The notes below the pieces were generated by a model. The model had not been told where the DNA came from, searched no databases, and worked only from the letters and a program-made list of their open reading frames with translations. A stretch of 58,829 nucleotides of DNA from a virus, in the IMG/VR virus record IMGVR_UViG_3300045988_093898, positions 1 through 58,829 of that record; one strand, given 5' to 3'. The first letter of the stretch is position 1. Each line of letters begins with the position of its first letter. Shown piece after piece: positions 9,603-19,296 of this stretch. A program made the translations under genes and the position numbers.

Positions 9603-10059
9603 TATAAATAAACAGGCTATGAAATATTCACAGCAGGGACAACGAATAACAATCTATGAAAAAGACGACGAGGGTAACATACTTTACGAGGGATATACTG
9701 ATAATGAGGGCAATTTTATCCCTTATCTTGATGATGAGGGTAATAAAATTCCGAAAATTATTGGCGAAGTAATTGGCTTTTCTAAACCAGTTGACTTTAA
9801 AGCAAACATAGCTTTCAGCGGTGGCGAAGCAAAGATTGAAGAATTTGGCTTTGATACTGCTGACTATGACGCAATCATGTTGACAGACAGAAACAAATTT
9901 CCGCTTAAGAAAGGGGATTTAATATGGCTTGATAGCGAAGTAGAATTTACTGACGGAGAAAACGAAGTAGTGGACGAAACATCAGCAGATTTTACTATTG
10001 TTGGAATTAAGCCGGCTTTGAAGTCAACAAAGTATGTGCTTAAAGCGGTTGTAAAGTAG
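9595..10059 (+). CDS. hypothetical head-tail joining protein
   Basis: 154 aa. Called from its position between connector and tail genes only. Confidence 0.4.
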   Translation: MLDINKQAMKYSQQGQRITIYEKDDEGNILYEGYTDNEGNFIPYLDDEGNKIPKIIGEVIGFSKPVDFKANIAFSGGEAKIEEFGFDTADYDAIMLTDRNKFPLKKGDLIWLDSEVEFTDGENEVVDETSADFTIVGIKPALKSTKYVLKAVVK

Positions 10060-10065
10060 GTGATT

Positions 10066-10608
10066 ATGTCTAAGCAAACAATAGCATTAGGATTGTCGGT
10101 AAAGTCTGTAGAAAAGGCTATAAGACAGCTTAAAAGCTATAAACAATGGCTAAGGAATAAAACGACAGAACTTGTAAAGGCACTTGCGGAAATTGGCATA
10201 TCTGTTATAGAAACAAATGTAGCAGACGCAAGTTATACCTTTGACAGCAAAGGGGTTAGAAGTGGTTCTAACACCGAACATTATAACTATGTAAAACTTA
10301 ATAATTTTGGAAGTTATTCACAGGCAAATCTTATTGTCGAGGGTGAAGAAATTCTTTTTATTGAGTTTGGAGCTGGTGTTTATTACAACGGCGAAGCAGG
10401 AACAAGCCCACATCCAAAAGGGCAGGAATTTGGCTTTTTAATTGGCTCATACGGTGTCGGTCATGGTGTTCAGAAAGTGTGGGGATATTATGACGAAACA
10501 GGAGCACTTGTAATGACGCATGGTGTTGAAGCAACAATGCCTGTTTTAAAGGCATACCAAAAAATCATTACTGATTACATATCAGTAGCAAAGAAGGTGT
10601 TCGGATGA
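10066..10608 (+). CDS. tail-completion / HK97 gp10-like protein
   Basis: RBS TAGGTG upstream of ATG 10066. Called from position and size. Ends with TGA, overlapping the next start (ATGA). Confidence 0.4.
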   Translation: MSKQTIALGLSVKSVEKAIRQLKSYKQWLRNKTTELVKALAEIGISVIETNVADASYTFDSKGVRSGSNTEHYNYVKLNNFGSYSQANLIVEGEEILFIEFGAGVYYNGEAGTSPHPKGQEFGFLIGSYGVGHGVQKVWGYYDETGALVMTHGVEATMPVLKAYQKIITDYISVAKKVFG

Positions 10609-11018
10609 AAGCAAGAACTGAATGGGCTTATAACTTAGAAAGAACTATTTTTTCTATCGTTAAAGCAAGAGCTGAAAATAGCTTGAAAAATAAATATCCG
10701 AAAATTCGTTTTACAAATGAAGAAGAAGCTGACGGAAACGCAATTTTCCCAACTGTATTGATACAATCTGTACAACCTTTAGAGAAAGTGGCAGATTTAG
10801 AAAAGATAAATATTGATACAGTGCTTTACACAACACAGGTCACAATTACAACGAACAAAAGTAGAAATGAAGCTTTGAATATTGCTTATGAGATAGCTGA
10901 TAAATTTAAGCAAATGGCATTTACTTTAAATCCTATGCCTTTTGTTAGAAAAGAAAATAAAGTTTACACAGCAACTTTTAGAGCATCACGAACTTTTGAT
11001 TGGAATGATATTATATAG
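10605..11018 (+). CDS. tail terminator-like protein
   Basis: 137 aa, immediately upstream of the major tail protein. Called from position only. Confidence 0.4.
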   Translation: MKARTEWAYNLERTIFSIVKARAENSLKNKYPKIRFTNEEEADGNAIFPTVLIQSVQPLEKVADLEKINIDTVLYTTQVTITTNKSRNEALNIAYEIADKFKQMAFTLNPMPFVRKENKVYTATFRASRTFDWNDII

Positions 11019-11065
11019 AGCTTTTATAGCTCTTATTTTTTTACGCAAAATTAGGAGGTAATACA

Positions 11066-11563
11066 ATGGCAACAGGTTTAAAATCAAGAATCGCTTACAA
11101 AGAACCAAATTCAAGTGCGGCAGAGGGTGAATACTGGGCTGGTACTTATAAATTGCTTATGAGGGCAAAGTCTATCCCATCGCCATTCGGCTCACAAAAT
11201 ATGGTCGATACATCGACGCTTGAAGATTTGGTGGAAACACAGGAAATGGGTAGACGTTCAGCAGGCTCAATGGAAGTACCGGGAGCGTTTGAAAAAACAT
11301 ATAAAGATGACATGGTTTCAAATGAGGGCAAAAAACTCGACTTTATTATTTTGTATGGCACCGATGGTAAAGGCTCAGAGGGAATATGTGGTTTTATAGG
11401 ACAGGAATCATTTGCACCGGATGAAGCAACAGAAGACCATTTAACAGGTACGGCTACGGTATCAGTTCAGACAGTACCTAAGTGGATTGAGGACAATTAC
11501 ACTGTAGCGGTAACAGAGGATGAAAATGGTTATCCAACGGCAATTACACTCACAAAAAAATAA
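11066..11563 (+). CDS. major tail protein
   Basis: 165 aa with strong RBS AGGAGG, positioned before the chaperone pair and tape measure. Confidence 0.62.
   Translation: MATGLKSRIAYKEPNSSAAEGEYWAGTYKLLMRAKSIPSPFGSQNMVDTSTLEDLVETQEMGRRSAGSMEVPGAFEKTYKDDMVSNEGKKLDFIILYGTDGKGSEGICGFIGQESFAPDEATEDHLTGTATVSVQTVPKWIEDNYTVAVTEDENGYPTAITLTKK
11554..11560 (+). promoter_or_regulatory. A_AAA_AAA slippery heptamer in phase at the 3' end of the major tail protein gene (possible -1 frameshift; 28-codon extension to 11646)
   Basis: Zero-frame codons are aca aaa aaa taa. The -1 frame stays open from 11560 to TAA 11644-11646. Confidence 0.3.
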
Positions 11564-11718
11564 ATCGCCAGTCGGCTAGAAGTGAAAAGGCTGTTACGGC
11601 TGGCGTTAGTGATGATACAGCCGCTTCTTACTCATACGATGAATAATTAAATTGATTAAAAGTGGGGCGGTCTTAGGACTGCCCCCTTTCTTACAAATGT
11701 AAGGGAAAGGGAAATAAT

Positions 11719-12171
11719 ATGTATAAAATTATAAATATCAATAAAAAGGACTATAAACTTGAATACTCATTAGAAGCATCACTTTATCCTGAGAGCACAG
11801 AAAAGTTATTAGAACTTATATCATCAACAGATGCAGAAAACGAGAATGACAAGATTAAAAATATAATTAAAGGAATGTCAAATGTTCCACAAACAACATT
11901 ACATATGTTCTATGCAGGCTTACTTGAGCATCATGGTACAGGCTCAGATAGTGACGGAACAGTAACATCAATAGAAGATGCAAAGGCATTGTTAAAACAG
12001 TATATAAGTGAAAATAAAACAAACTTCTATGCTGTTATGGAAATGATTATGGGACAGATGGCAGAAGATGGTTTTTTAGACTTGATAGGTCTGAACGACA
12101 TGATACAGACCGAGGAAGAAGAACCGAAGAAAACTCCGAAAATTCCACAAGACCATTTGAAGAAAAATTAA
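11719..12171 (+). CDS. tail assembly chaperone (gpG-like)
   Basis: 150 aa, acidic, located between the major tail protein and the tape measure region. Confidence 0.62.
   Translation: MYKIININKKDYKLEYSLEASLYPESTEKLLELISSTDAENENDKIKNIIKGMSNVPQTTLHMFYAGLLEHHGTGSDSDGTVTSIEDAKALLKQYISENKTNFYAVMEMIMGQMAEDGFLDLIGLNDMIQTEEEEPKKTPKIPQDHLKKN
12072..12078 (+). promoter_or_regulatory. T_TTT_TTA slippery heptamer for -1 programmed frameshift (gpG to gpGT)
   Basis: Zero-frame reading is ggt ttt tta. The -1 frame is open from 12018 to 12539. Confidence 0.55.
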
Positions 12172-12539
12172 GTTTCAAAGAAAATATTGAAAAAAATATC
12201 TTGCCAAGTGCGATAAAGGCAGGATTGACATATAAAGAAGCTATGCATATGACCCCAAAAGCCATCGAGATGCACATAGAAGCGTATAGTGAGAAAGAAC
12301 AGGAAAAAGTAAAAGTATCTGAATATCTTTCATGGCTCAACGGCTATTATGTTGTCGAAGCAATAGCTTGTACTTTTGGAAAAGGAAAATATCCTAAAAA
12401 TCCTTTACTTGAAGAAGAAAAAGAAGAAAAAATTAAAAATAATTCAAATAAAGAGGGACAAGAAGAAATCGCTGTATTTGAAATGAAGCAAAGAATTAGG
12501 TTGCTAAGAGAAAGCGGACTTCCTGAAAGCCCTGATTAA
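12078..12539 (+). CDS. -1 frame extension of the tail chaperone (gpT-like part; no independent strong start)
   Basis: The frame is open across the 154-nt overlap with 11719..12171. The ORF track only finds a TTG at 12201. Confidence 0.5.
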   Translation, partial: RLDRSERHDTDRGRRTEENSENSTRPFEEKLSFKENIEKNILPSAIKAGLTYKEAMHMTPKAIEMHIEAYSEKEQEKVKVSEYLSWLNGYYVVEAIACTFGKGKYPKNPLLEEEKEEKIKNNSNKEGQEEIAVFEMKQRIRLLRESGLPESPD

Positions 12540-12587
12540 AGACGGTGTGATTGAAGCATACCGTCTTATTTTTTGAGGTGATAATCA

Positions 12588-13280
12588 ATGAAAATGACTA
12601 CAAAGTATGCAAAAAGCATTAGTTATGGAAATAAAAGACCATTAAGTAATATCAAATACATTGTGATACATTACACAGGCAATAAAGGAGATACGGCACA
12701 GAATAATCTTGATTATTTTGCAAATGGCAATACAAGACAGGCAGGAGCACATTTCTTTGTTGATAAAAAAGGAAAAGTCGGCAAGTCAATAGCAATGAGC
12801 CGTACAGCATGGGCGGTAGGTGGCGACCACAGAAGCGGAAGAAAAGGCGAAGCGGCTTATTTTGGCAAATGTACAAACGCAAACTCAGTGTCTATTGAAT
12901 TATGCGATATGTGCTTAAAAACAAACTGGGAACAGATGTATGCGACAAGAAAACTTGTTAAATACATTCAAAGTAAGTGCCCTAATGCAAAAACAATTAT
13001 CAGACATTGGGATGTAAACGGAAAAGATTGTCCAGCACCTTTTATAGGCAATGGTAACGAGAAATGGACTGAATTTAAGCGTTTTATAACAGCAGGCTAT
13101 AAATTTACGGCGGTTGTTACAAAACATGCGGCATTAAGAAGTAAACCGAAATTGGGGGCAGTAAATAAAAAAGGTACTGCAAAAAAAGGAACAAAAGTTA
13201 AGATTGTCAAACTCAATGGGAATTGGGGACTTACTGACAACGGATATTGGATAAGTCTTGAAAAAGTAAAAGAGATTTAA
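12588..13280 (+). CDS. N-acetylmuramoyl-L-alanine amidase endolysin (Amidase_2/PGRP fold + SH3b-like C-terminus)
   Basis: Motifs IVIHYTGN, AHFFVD, SIELC, IRHWDVNGKDCPAPF. C-terminal KGTKVKIVKLNGNWG...GYWISL. Confidence 0.85.
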   Translation: MKMTTKYAKSISYGNKRPLSNIKYIVIHYTGNKGDTAQNNLDYFANGNTRQAGAHFFVDKKGKVGKSIAMSRTAWAVGGDHRSGRKGEAAYFGKCTNANSVSIELCDMCLKTNWEQMYATRKLVKYIQSKCPNAKTIIRHWDVNGKDCPAPFIGNGNEKWTEFKRFITAGYKFTAVVTKHAALRSKPKLGAVNKKGTAKKGTKVKIVKLNGNWGLTDNGYWISLEKVKEI

Positions 13281-13295
13281 TCAGAATGAGGTGAT

Positions 13296-16200
13296 TTGAT
13301 GGAATTAGATAGTTTAGAACTGAAAGTATCGGCAGAAGCACAGTCGGCAGAAAAAGCACTTGACAGCCTTATAGGTAAATTGCAGAGTTTTTCGGAAGCA
13401 CTTGGCGGTATAAACACTACTTCCATCAGTAAAAACCTTGAAAATCTTGCTAAAGTCGGCGGCTTGAAAACTATCACTAAAGAGGTAGAGGACTTAGGAA
13501 AAACTGTAGACAATGTCGGTAAGAAGAAAACAAAGACTGAGGTTAAAGTCGATGTTAAGCAAGGGTTAGAAGCTATAAAGGAATTACAAAGCAAGTTTTC
13601 CAATATAGGTAAAGGAACACAATTTAACGGCAATTTAAGCAGTTTAGAAAAAGAATATGATAAATTGTCGGCTAAGCTAGATAAACTTGCTGAAAGAGAA
13701 CAGAAAGCACTTGCAATAGGAACTGCATCAACAAACGATAAGGCGTTTCAAAGTTTACAATACGATATTGCTAACACAATAAACAAACTAGCAGAACTTG
13801 AAACAAAGATACAAAGTGTTAAAAACCAAAATACATCTCAAACAGCTAATATACCGATTTTTAGATGGGACAATCAAAATACAGGCAGTACACAAAATAT
13901 TACAGAGAATATTGAGAAGTCACTTAAAAGCATTCCTGAAACCGCAAAATATTCGGTAGAGCAAGCACAGAAATCATTAAATGAAGCTATATCTAAAGTG
14001 CAAAATGCACAGACGAATGTTGAAGATTTTTCGCAAAGAATATCACAGGCTAGAGCTAATCTTAAAAATGTTGAAGTGAGCGGCAAAGGCATGGGTACCG
14101 ATGAATGGGATAGAGCCTATATTGCTTTGCAAAAAGTTGTTTCAGAAGCTAAGCAATATAAAGCGGCTTTAAATGAGCGTGCAACAGGTATCAATACAGA
14201 TATAAGCGAGACAGACAGTCTTGATACTAAGGTTAATAAACTGAGAGAAGATTTAAAGCAGTTAAAAGCGGATGGATTTGGTTTTGGTGATACCACATTT
14301 GACAAAACATATCAGCAACTTAATCAAGCTGAAAAAGAACTTGCAGAGTACAAAGCTAGACTGACAGAAAGCGAAACATCGACAAGAAGTTTTAGCAGTA
14401 CATTAAAGAGTGCGGCAACAGGTTTTTCTAATTTTATCAGTAAGATTAAAAATGCTGGTGCGGCAACATTGAATTTTGCTAAGAATGTCCGTAACATGAA
14501 ATCGCCTTTGAAACTTGCACTCGGTCAAATTAGTAAATTAGGAAATTCGGTTGCAAGGCTGTATTTCAAGTACATGATGCTGTCAAGGGTTGCTGGTGCA
14601 CTTGGTAAAGTTCTTGGTATATCAAGTGATTATGTTGAGGAATACAACTATTTTCAAAAGGCAATAGACAAGATTGCACAGGAAAATAAAGGCAATTACA
14701 AAAAATACGGCTATGATAATGCTAAGAGTTATGCGGATAGCTTTGAGGATAGACTTACAACTCTTACAGGCAAAATGACAGGATATAAGCCCGATAAAAA
14801 TGGAAATCTTATAGATACTGATACGGCAAGTCTTGGGCTTGATATTACACAGGTTACAAACTTTGAAGCTCAAATCGCACAAATGACAAACTCTGTCGGA
14901 ATGATGGGTGAGGCATCTATTGCAACCTCAAAAGCCATGACAATGCTTGCTGGGGATATGTCCTCATTAACAAATATGCCACTCGACACCGTTATGAAAA
15001 ACTTTTCAAGTGGTCTTTCGGGTGCGGCAATGGCTGTCAAAAAATACGGCATGGACATATCAGTTGCAGCATTACAGGAAACAGCACTTGGGCTAGGTGT
15101 TAAGAAAAATGTTTCTGATATGACACAGGCTGAGAAAGAGTATTTGCGTGTTATCACTATGTTACAGCAGTCTAAAGTAGCATGGGGCGACTTAGCAGAC
15201 ACAATAAATCAACCAGCAAACCAGTTTAGAATGTTAAAATCAAACATTAAGCAATGTGGTTTGATGTTATCAAGATTATTTATGCCTGTCATACAAAAAG
15301 TATTACCGTGGTTAAATGCAATGGCAATGGCTGTTAAAGACTTAATGAAACATATCGGTGATTTGTTTGGTTTAAAGTTTGATAGCAGTCTTGGTTCAAC
15401 AGGCAGTGACACATCAGATACCTATGACGATGTATCAGACAGTGCCGACAATGCGGCAGATAGTATAAATGATGCGGCAGATGCACAGAAAAAGTTTAAT
15501 AAGCAGTTACAGGGATTTGATAAGTTAAATAATCTTACGACAAATGAAACATCTAAGAAAGACAGTGACAAGGATAAAAACGGCACAGGAAATGTTAGCG
15601 GCGTATTATCTGATGCTCTTATAAATGCTGTCGAGGATTATGAAAAACGCTGGAATAAAGCGTTTAAAAGCATGACAAGTGATGCTGATAACCTCAAAGA
15701 AAAGATTGAAAAATTATTTACAACAGCTTGGGACACAGGTGACGGAACAGAAATCGGTGAAGCACTTGCGACAACCTTAAATAAGGGCATTGACTGGGTG
15801 AATAATAATACAGACAAGTGGACTAAAGGACTTAAAAAGATTACAAGTATCATGGGTACATCTTTGAATGGTTTTGTTAAAAAGTTCAAATGGGATGGTC
15901 TCGGAAAAGCTGTTGGAAATTCGATTAAAGGAGTGCTTGAAGCAGAAACAAACTTTTTTAAAAAAGTAAACTGGGTAAATCTTGGAAAAGGTTTGTCAAG
16001 TACACTTAATTCAGCTATAAAAACAGGAGTTTTGCAGTCGTACTTTAAATCAATGGCAAGTAAGCTAAGGGCGGCTATTGAGACAGCGTTTGGAGCAATT
16101 ACTACTTTTGATTTTAAAGGACTTGGAAATGCGTTAGGACAGGGAATAAATGACTTTTTTAAGACAATGAATAAGAAAAATAAGCAGACTGGTCTTAATG

Positions 16201-18263
16201 GATGGCAAGAACTTGGAAAAAGTTTAAGTGATGGCATAAAAGGCATTGCAGATACATTAACTACAGCTTTAAAAAAGGTGAAGTGGGAGAAAGTCGGTCA
16301 AAGTATTGGAGATTTTATCTCAGCTATTGATTTTGGCAAGGTTACTTGGAGCTTATTAGGTTTAGCAAAAGCGTTGGTCAGTGCGATAGGCTCAGCTCTC
16401 AAAGGTTCATTTTCAAAAGCACCTATTGAGACAGGTTTATTGGCGGCATTTGCATTGGTAAAATACACTGGTATAGGAAAGTTTATTGCTGGCGAAGTTT
16501 CTAAGAAAATGGCGGCTTTTTTAGCTGAAAAAATGGGTTTTGAAATCGCAAAAGACGCAGGAATAAGCACAGCCATCAAAACAGGGCTTAAAGGGCTTAT
16601 AGCAAAAGCAGGCTTAACAAGTTTAAGTGTTTCAGTAGGTGTAGTTGGGATAGCTGCGGCAACAGCGGCGTTGGTAACTTTCTATAACTATGTAGAAAGC
16701 AAAGCTGATGAAAAAATAAAGTTAGATATATCAGAAGCTAATAAGGCATTAGGTGACTTAAATTCATCAGCGAAAGAATGTGAAAAAGCGGTCAACAAAA
16801 CTAAAGATGCTTTAAAGAAAGTTGAAGCAAGAGACGAAAATGCTCAAAAAAAGGGAAAAGACCTTGAAGTATTAGCAAATGCTTATTATAAATTATCGAA
16901 AAAAGTTAATAAAACCAAAGGTGAACAAGAAACTTTAAAGAGAATGTCGAAAGAGCTTTCAAAACAAATGCCCGGACTTAAAAAGAATATCGACAAAGAA
17001 ACTGGAGCGTATAAAGGAAGTTATAAACAGCTTAAAAAACTTGTTGAAAAAACGAAAGAGTATTACAAAGCGAAAGCTGCGCAAAAAGACCTTGAAGATA
17101 TTGGAAAAAAACTTTATGAAAACGAAAAGGATTTAGCAAAAGCGGCAAATGATGCAAAGAAAGCGGAAGCTATATTAAAGAACGAAAGAATAAATCTTGT
17201 AAATCAGACAAAAAGATTAAATGAACTTGAAGAAAAAAACTTAAAATGGAAAAGTGGCTCAGCTTCAATGACCAAATCCGAATATACGGAAATGGAAAAA
17301 TTGCGTACAGAAGTGCCGAAACTTGCACAAAAATTACAAGACCAAGAAAAAGTTTATAAAAACCACAAAAAGGAACTTGGGGCACTTAAAGACACACAAC
17401 AAGAACTCAATGAAAAGTATAATACAGCTTCTGACTATGTAGAGAAATATACAAAAAAGGTAGACAGTAATACTACTAGCACCAATAAGCAAAAAGACGC
17501 TATAAAAGGTGTTGGGGAAGAAACCGATAAATTGTCAGGCAAAAAAGCTACTGTATCTATAAATTCCAAAGGAGTTGAAAAGACTAAAAAAGATATTGAC
17601 GGTATAACGAGTAAAAAAGTTAAAGTTACCGCAAATGCCAAAAAAGGTAAAAATTTTGATAAAACAAAAAAGGATTATGACGATTTTAAGACTAAAAATG
17701 CAAATATAAAGCTAAATGTAAAAAATGCAGACAAGTTAAAGGAAGTTGTGAAAAATCCGTTGCTAACCGATATAGGTAAGAAAAGCACAATAAAAAGGAA
17801 TGTAGAGATTACTTTTAAGATGAAAAACAATTTCACTGACAATCTCTCTGATTTTTTAAATAAAATTTCGACTGGAAGCAAACCTAAAAAGAAAGCAAAA
17901 GGCGGTATCTTTGAAAACGGCTCATGGCATAACATAGCTAAGTATGCAAGCGGCGGTATGCCGAACATGGGGCAGTTATTTGTAGCAAGAGAAAAAGGTC
18001 CTGAGCTTGTAAGTACATTAAAAGGTCATACTGCGGTTATGAACAATGACCAAATAGTTGCGTCGGTATCTCAAGGTGTGTCAGATGCGGTATATAATGT
18101 TATGACACCTGTTTTAACAAGTCTTGTAACAAGTATAAACCGCATGAATAGTAGCGGCACTCCTTTGTATGTCGAGGGTGTTTCTGAGGGCGATATAGTT
18201 AAGATAACACAGAATGCTAATGCTGATTACAAGAAGCGGTATGGCAAACCTCTTTTCACTTAG
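13296..18263 (+). CDS. tape measure protein
   Basis: 1655 aa, coiled-coil rich with central hydrophobic segments, positioned after the chaperones. Confidence 0.9.
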   Translation: MMELDSLELKVSAEAQSAEKALDSLIGKLQSFSEALGGINTTSISKNLENLAKVGGLKTITKEVEDLGKTVDNVGKKKTKTEVKVDVKQGLEAIKELQSKFSNIGKGTQFNGNLSSLEKEYDKLSAKLDKLAEREQKALAIGTASTNDKAFQSLQYDIANTINKLAELETKIQSVKNQNTSQTANIPIFRWDNQNTGSTQNITENIEKSLKSIPETAKYSVEQAQKSLNEAISKVQNAQTNVEDFSQRISQARANLKNVEVSGKGMGTDEWDRAYIALQKVVSEAKQYKAALNERATGINTDISETDSLDTKVNKLREDLKQLKADGFGFGDTTFDKTYQQLNQAEKELAEYKARLTESETSTRSFSSTLKSAATGFSNFISKIKNAGAATLNFAKNVRNMKSPLKLALGQISKLGNSVARLYFKYMMLSRVAGALGKVLGISSDYVEEYNYFQKAIDKIAQENKGNYKKYGYDNAKSYADSFEDRLTTLTGKMTGYKPDKNGNLIDTDTASLGLDITQVTNFEAQIAQMTNSVGMMGEASIATSKAMTMLAGDMSSLTNMPLDTVMKNFSSGLSGAAMAVKKYGMDISVAALQETALGLGVKKNVSDMTQAEKEYLRVITMLQQSKVAWGDLADTINQPANQFRMLKSNIKQCGLMLSRLFMPVIQKVLPWLNAMAMAVKDLMKHIGDLFGLKFDSSLGSTGSDTSDTYDDVSDSADNAADSINDAADAQKKFNKQLQGFDKLNNLTTNETSKKDSDKDKNGTGNVSGVLSDALINAVEDYEKRWNKAFKSMTSDADNLKEKIEKLFTTAWDTGDGTEIGEALATTLNKGIDWVNNNTDKWTKGLKKITSIMGTSLNGFVKKFKWDGLGKAVGNSIKGVLEAETNFFKKVNWVNLGKGLSSTLNSAIKTGVLQSYFKSMASKLRAAIETAFGAITTFDFKGLGNALGQGINDFFKTMNKKNKQTGLNGWQELGKSLSDGIKGIADTLTTALKKVKWEKVGQSIGDFISAIDFGKVTWSLLGLAKALVSAIGSALKGSFSKAPIETGLLAAFALVKYTGIGKFIAGEVSKKMAAFLAEKMGFEIAKDAGISTAIKTGLKGLIAKAGLTSLSVSVGVVGIAAATAALVTFYNYVESKADEKIKLDISEANKALGDLNSSAKECEKAVNKTKDALKKVEARDENAQKKGKDLEVLANAYYKLSKKVNKTKGEQETLKRMSKELSKQMPGLKKNIDKETGAYKGSYKQLKKLVEKTKEYYKAKAAQKDLEDIGKKLYENEKDLAKAANDAKKAEAILKNERINLVNQTKRLNELEEKNLKWKSGSASMTKSEYTEMEKLRTEVPKLAQKLQDQEKVYKNHKKELGALKDTQQELNEKYNTASDYVEKYTKKVDSNTTSTNKQKDAIKGVGEETDKLSGKKATVSINSKGVEKTKKDIDGITSKKVKVTANAKKGKNFDKTKKDYDDFKTKNANIKLNVKNADKLKEVVKNPLLTDIGKKSTIKRNVEITFKMKNNFTDNLSDFLNKISTGSKPKKKAKGGIFENGSWHNIAKYASGGMPNMGQLFVAREKGPELVSTLKGHTAVMNNDQIVASVSQGVSDAVYNVMTPVLTSLVTSINRMNSSGTPLYVEGVSEGDIVKITQNANADYKKRYGKPLFT

Positions 18264-18328
18264 AATATTGCAATATTGTGCCGAATGTGGTATGATATAG
18301 CAAATATTGAAAAGGAGTGTGAACGGAT

Positions 18329-19147
18329 ATGAGAAAAAGTTTTTTTACAAAGATTGTAGCATTTTTAGGGATAGCAACTCTTGTTATTTCCAGTACCTAT
18401 ACTACATCTTATGCAATATGTAATCACAGATGGGTTTTAGATTCTAGTTTTAGTGAAAAACCCACATGTTCTGAGGCGGGTTATAATTGGTATGATTGCT
18501 CTATTTGCGGCGATTCTAAGAAAGTGACTGTTCCAGCGACAAGAATACATAAATGGACGGAGTGGAAAGCTGATGGTTATTTATGTGAGGATGGAAAGTG
18601 GGAAAGATATTGCACTGAATGTTACAAAGAAGAAACAAAAGCAAGACAAGGTGATGGCTCACATTTATGGTCTAATTGGGAAGTGTGGACAGAAGCTGAC
18701 TGTTTAAACAAAGGACAGGAAAGCAGATATTGTTATAATTGCTCTCAAAGAGAATACAAGGATATTCCAGTTGATGACACAAAACATGATTGGAGTAGTT
18801 GGAGTACATTGTGGGATGAAAGTGTAGAACCTACAATTTTTAAAAGTGGAAAACAGACAAGACATTGTTATACTTGTTCAAAAATAGAAATAAAGAAAAT
18901 ACCTAAATTAAAGGCAACAGTTTTAATATCATGCAAGAGCAAAACTTTAAAAGTAGGTGAAAAGCTGAAATTAAAAATAAAGAAAAGAACTTATCCTGAT
19001 GTATTGAAAAGTTGGACTACTGACAACAAAAAAGTTGCTAAAGTCAATAAAAAAGGAAAAGTTTTGGCTGTTAAAAAAGGGAAAGCTACGATAACTTTAA
19101 AAATGAAAAGTGGTTGCACAGCAACTTGCAAGGTAAAAGTTAAATAA
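18329..19147 (+). CDS. secreted Cys-rich repeat protein with C-terminal Big_2 (bacterial Ig-like) domain
   Basis: Signal peptide MRKSFFTKIVAFLGIATLVISS. Four ~40-aa repeats of H.W..W....C...G...R.C..C. C-terminal KVAKVNKKGKVLAVKKGKATITLK is typical of Big_2. Confidence 0.62.
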   Translation: MRKSFFTKIVAFLGIATLVISSTYTTSYAICNHRWVLDSSFSEKPTCSEAGYNWYDCSICGDSKKVTVPATRIHKWTEWKADGYLCEDGKWERYCTECYKEETKARQGDGSHLWSNWEVWTEADCLNKGQESRYCYNCSQREYKDIPVDDTKHDWSSWSTLWDESVEPTIFKSGKQTRHCYTCSKIEIKKIPKLKATVLISCKSKTLKVGEKLKLKIKKRTYPDVLKSWTTDNKKVAKVNKKGKVLAVKKGKATITLKMKSGCTATCKVKVK

Positions 19148-19171
19148 AACAAATATCATATAAAACCACAA

Positions 19172-19196
19172 GGCGGATTTAATATCCGTCTTTTTT
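19172..19196 (+). terminator. rho-independent terminator
   Basis: Stem ggcggat/atccgtc followed by T6. Confidence 0.65.
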
Positions 19197-19234
19197 AGTA
19201 CAATCAAAAAACTTGAAAAAATTTAAAAAAGGTA

Positions 19235-19263
19235 TTGACTTTCTGTGGCTACAGTATTATATT
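19235..19263 (+). promoter_or_regulatory. promoter of RHH cassette 1 (TTGACT, 17-nt spacer, TATATT)
   Basis: Read directly. The upstream A-rich block ttgaaaaaatttaaaaaagg is homologous to 47476-47500. Confidence 0.55.
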
Positions 19264-19296
19264 TATTGTAGCGACAAAAAGAAAAGAGGTGATAAG

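Noticed and set aside
13277-17968. Many 60-200-aa minus-strand ORFs inside the tape measure gene (for example 15638..16246)
   Set aside because: They are antisense to a long, compositionally biased coding region. They lack RBSs and have low-complexity translations, so they are typical shadow ORFs.
19213-19296. N-terminal 28-codon extension of the RHH ORF given by the ORF track (TTG 19213)
   Set aside because: The extension contains the cassette promoter (-35 at 19235). The ATG at 19297 has a good RBS and aligns with the start of the paralog at 47562.
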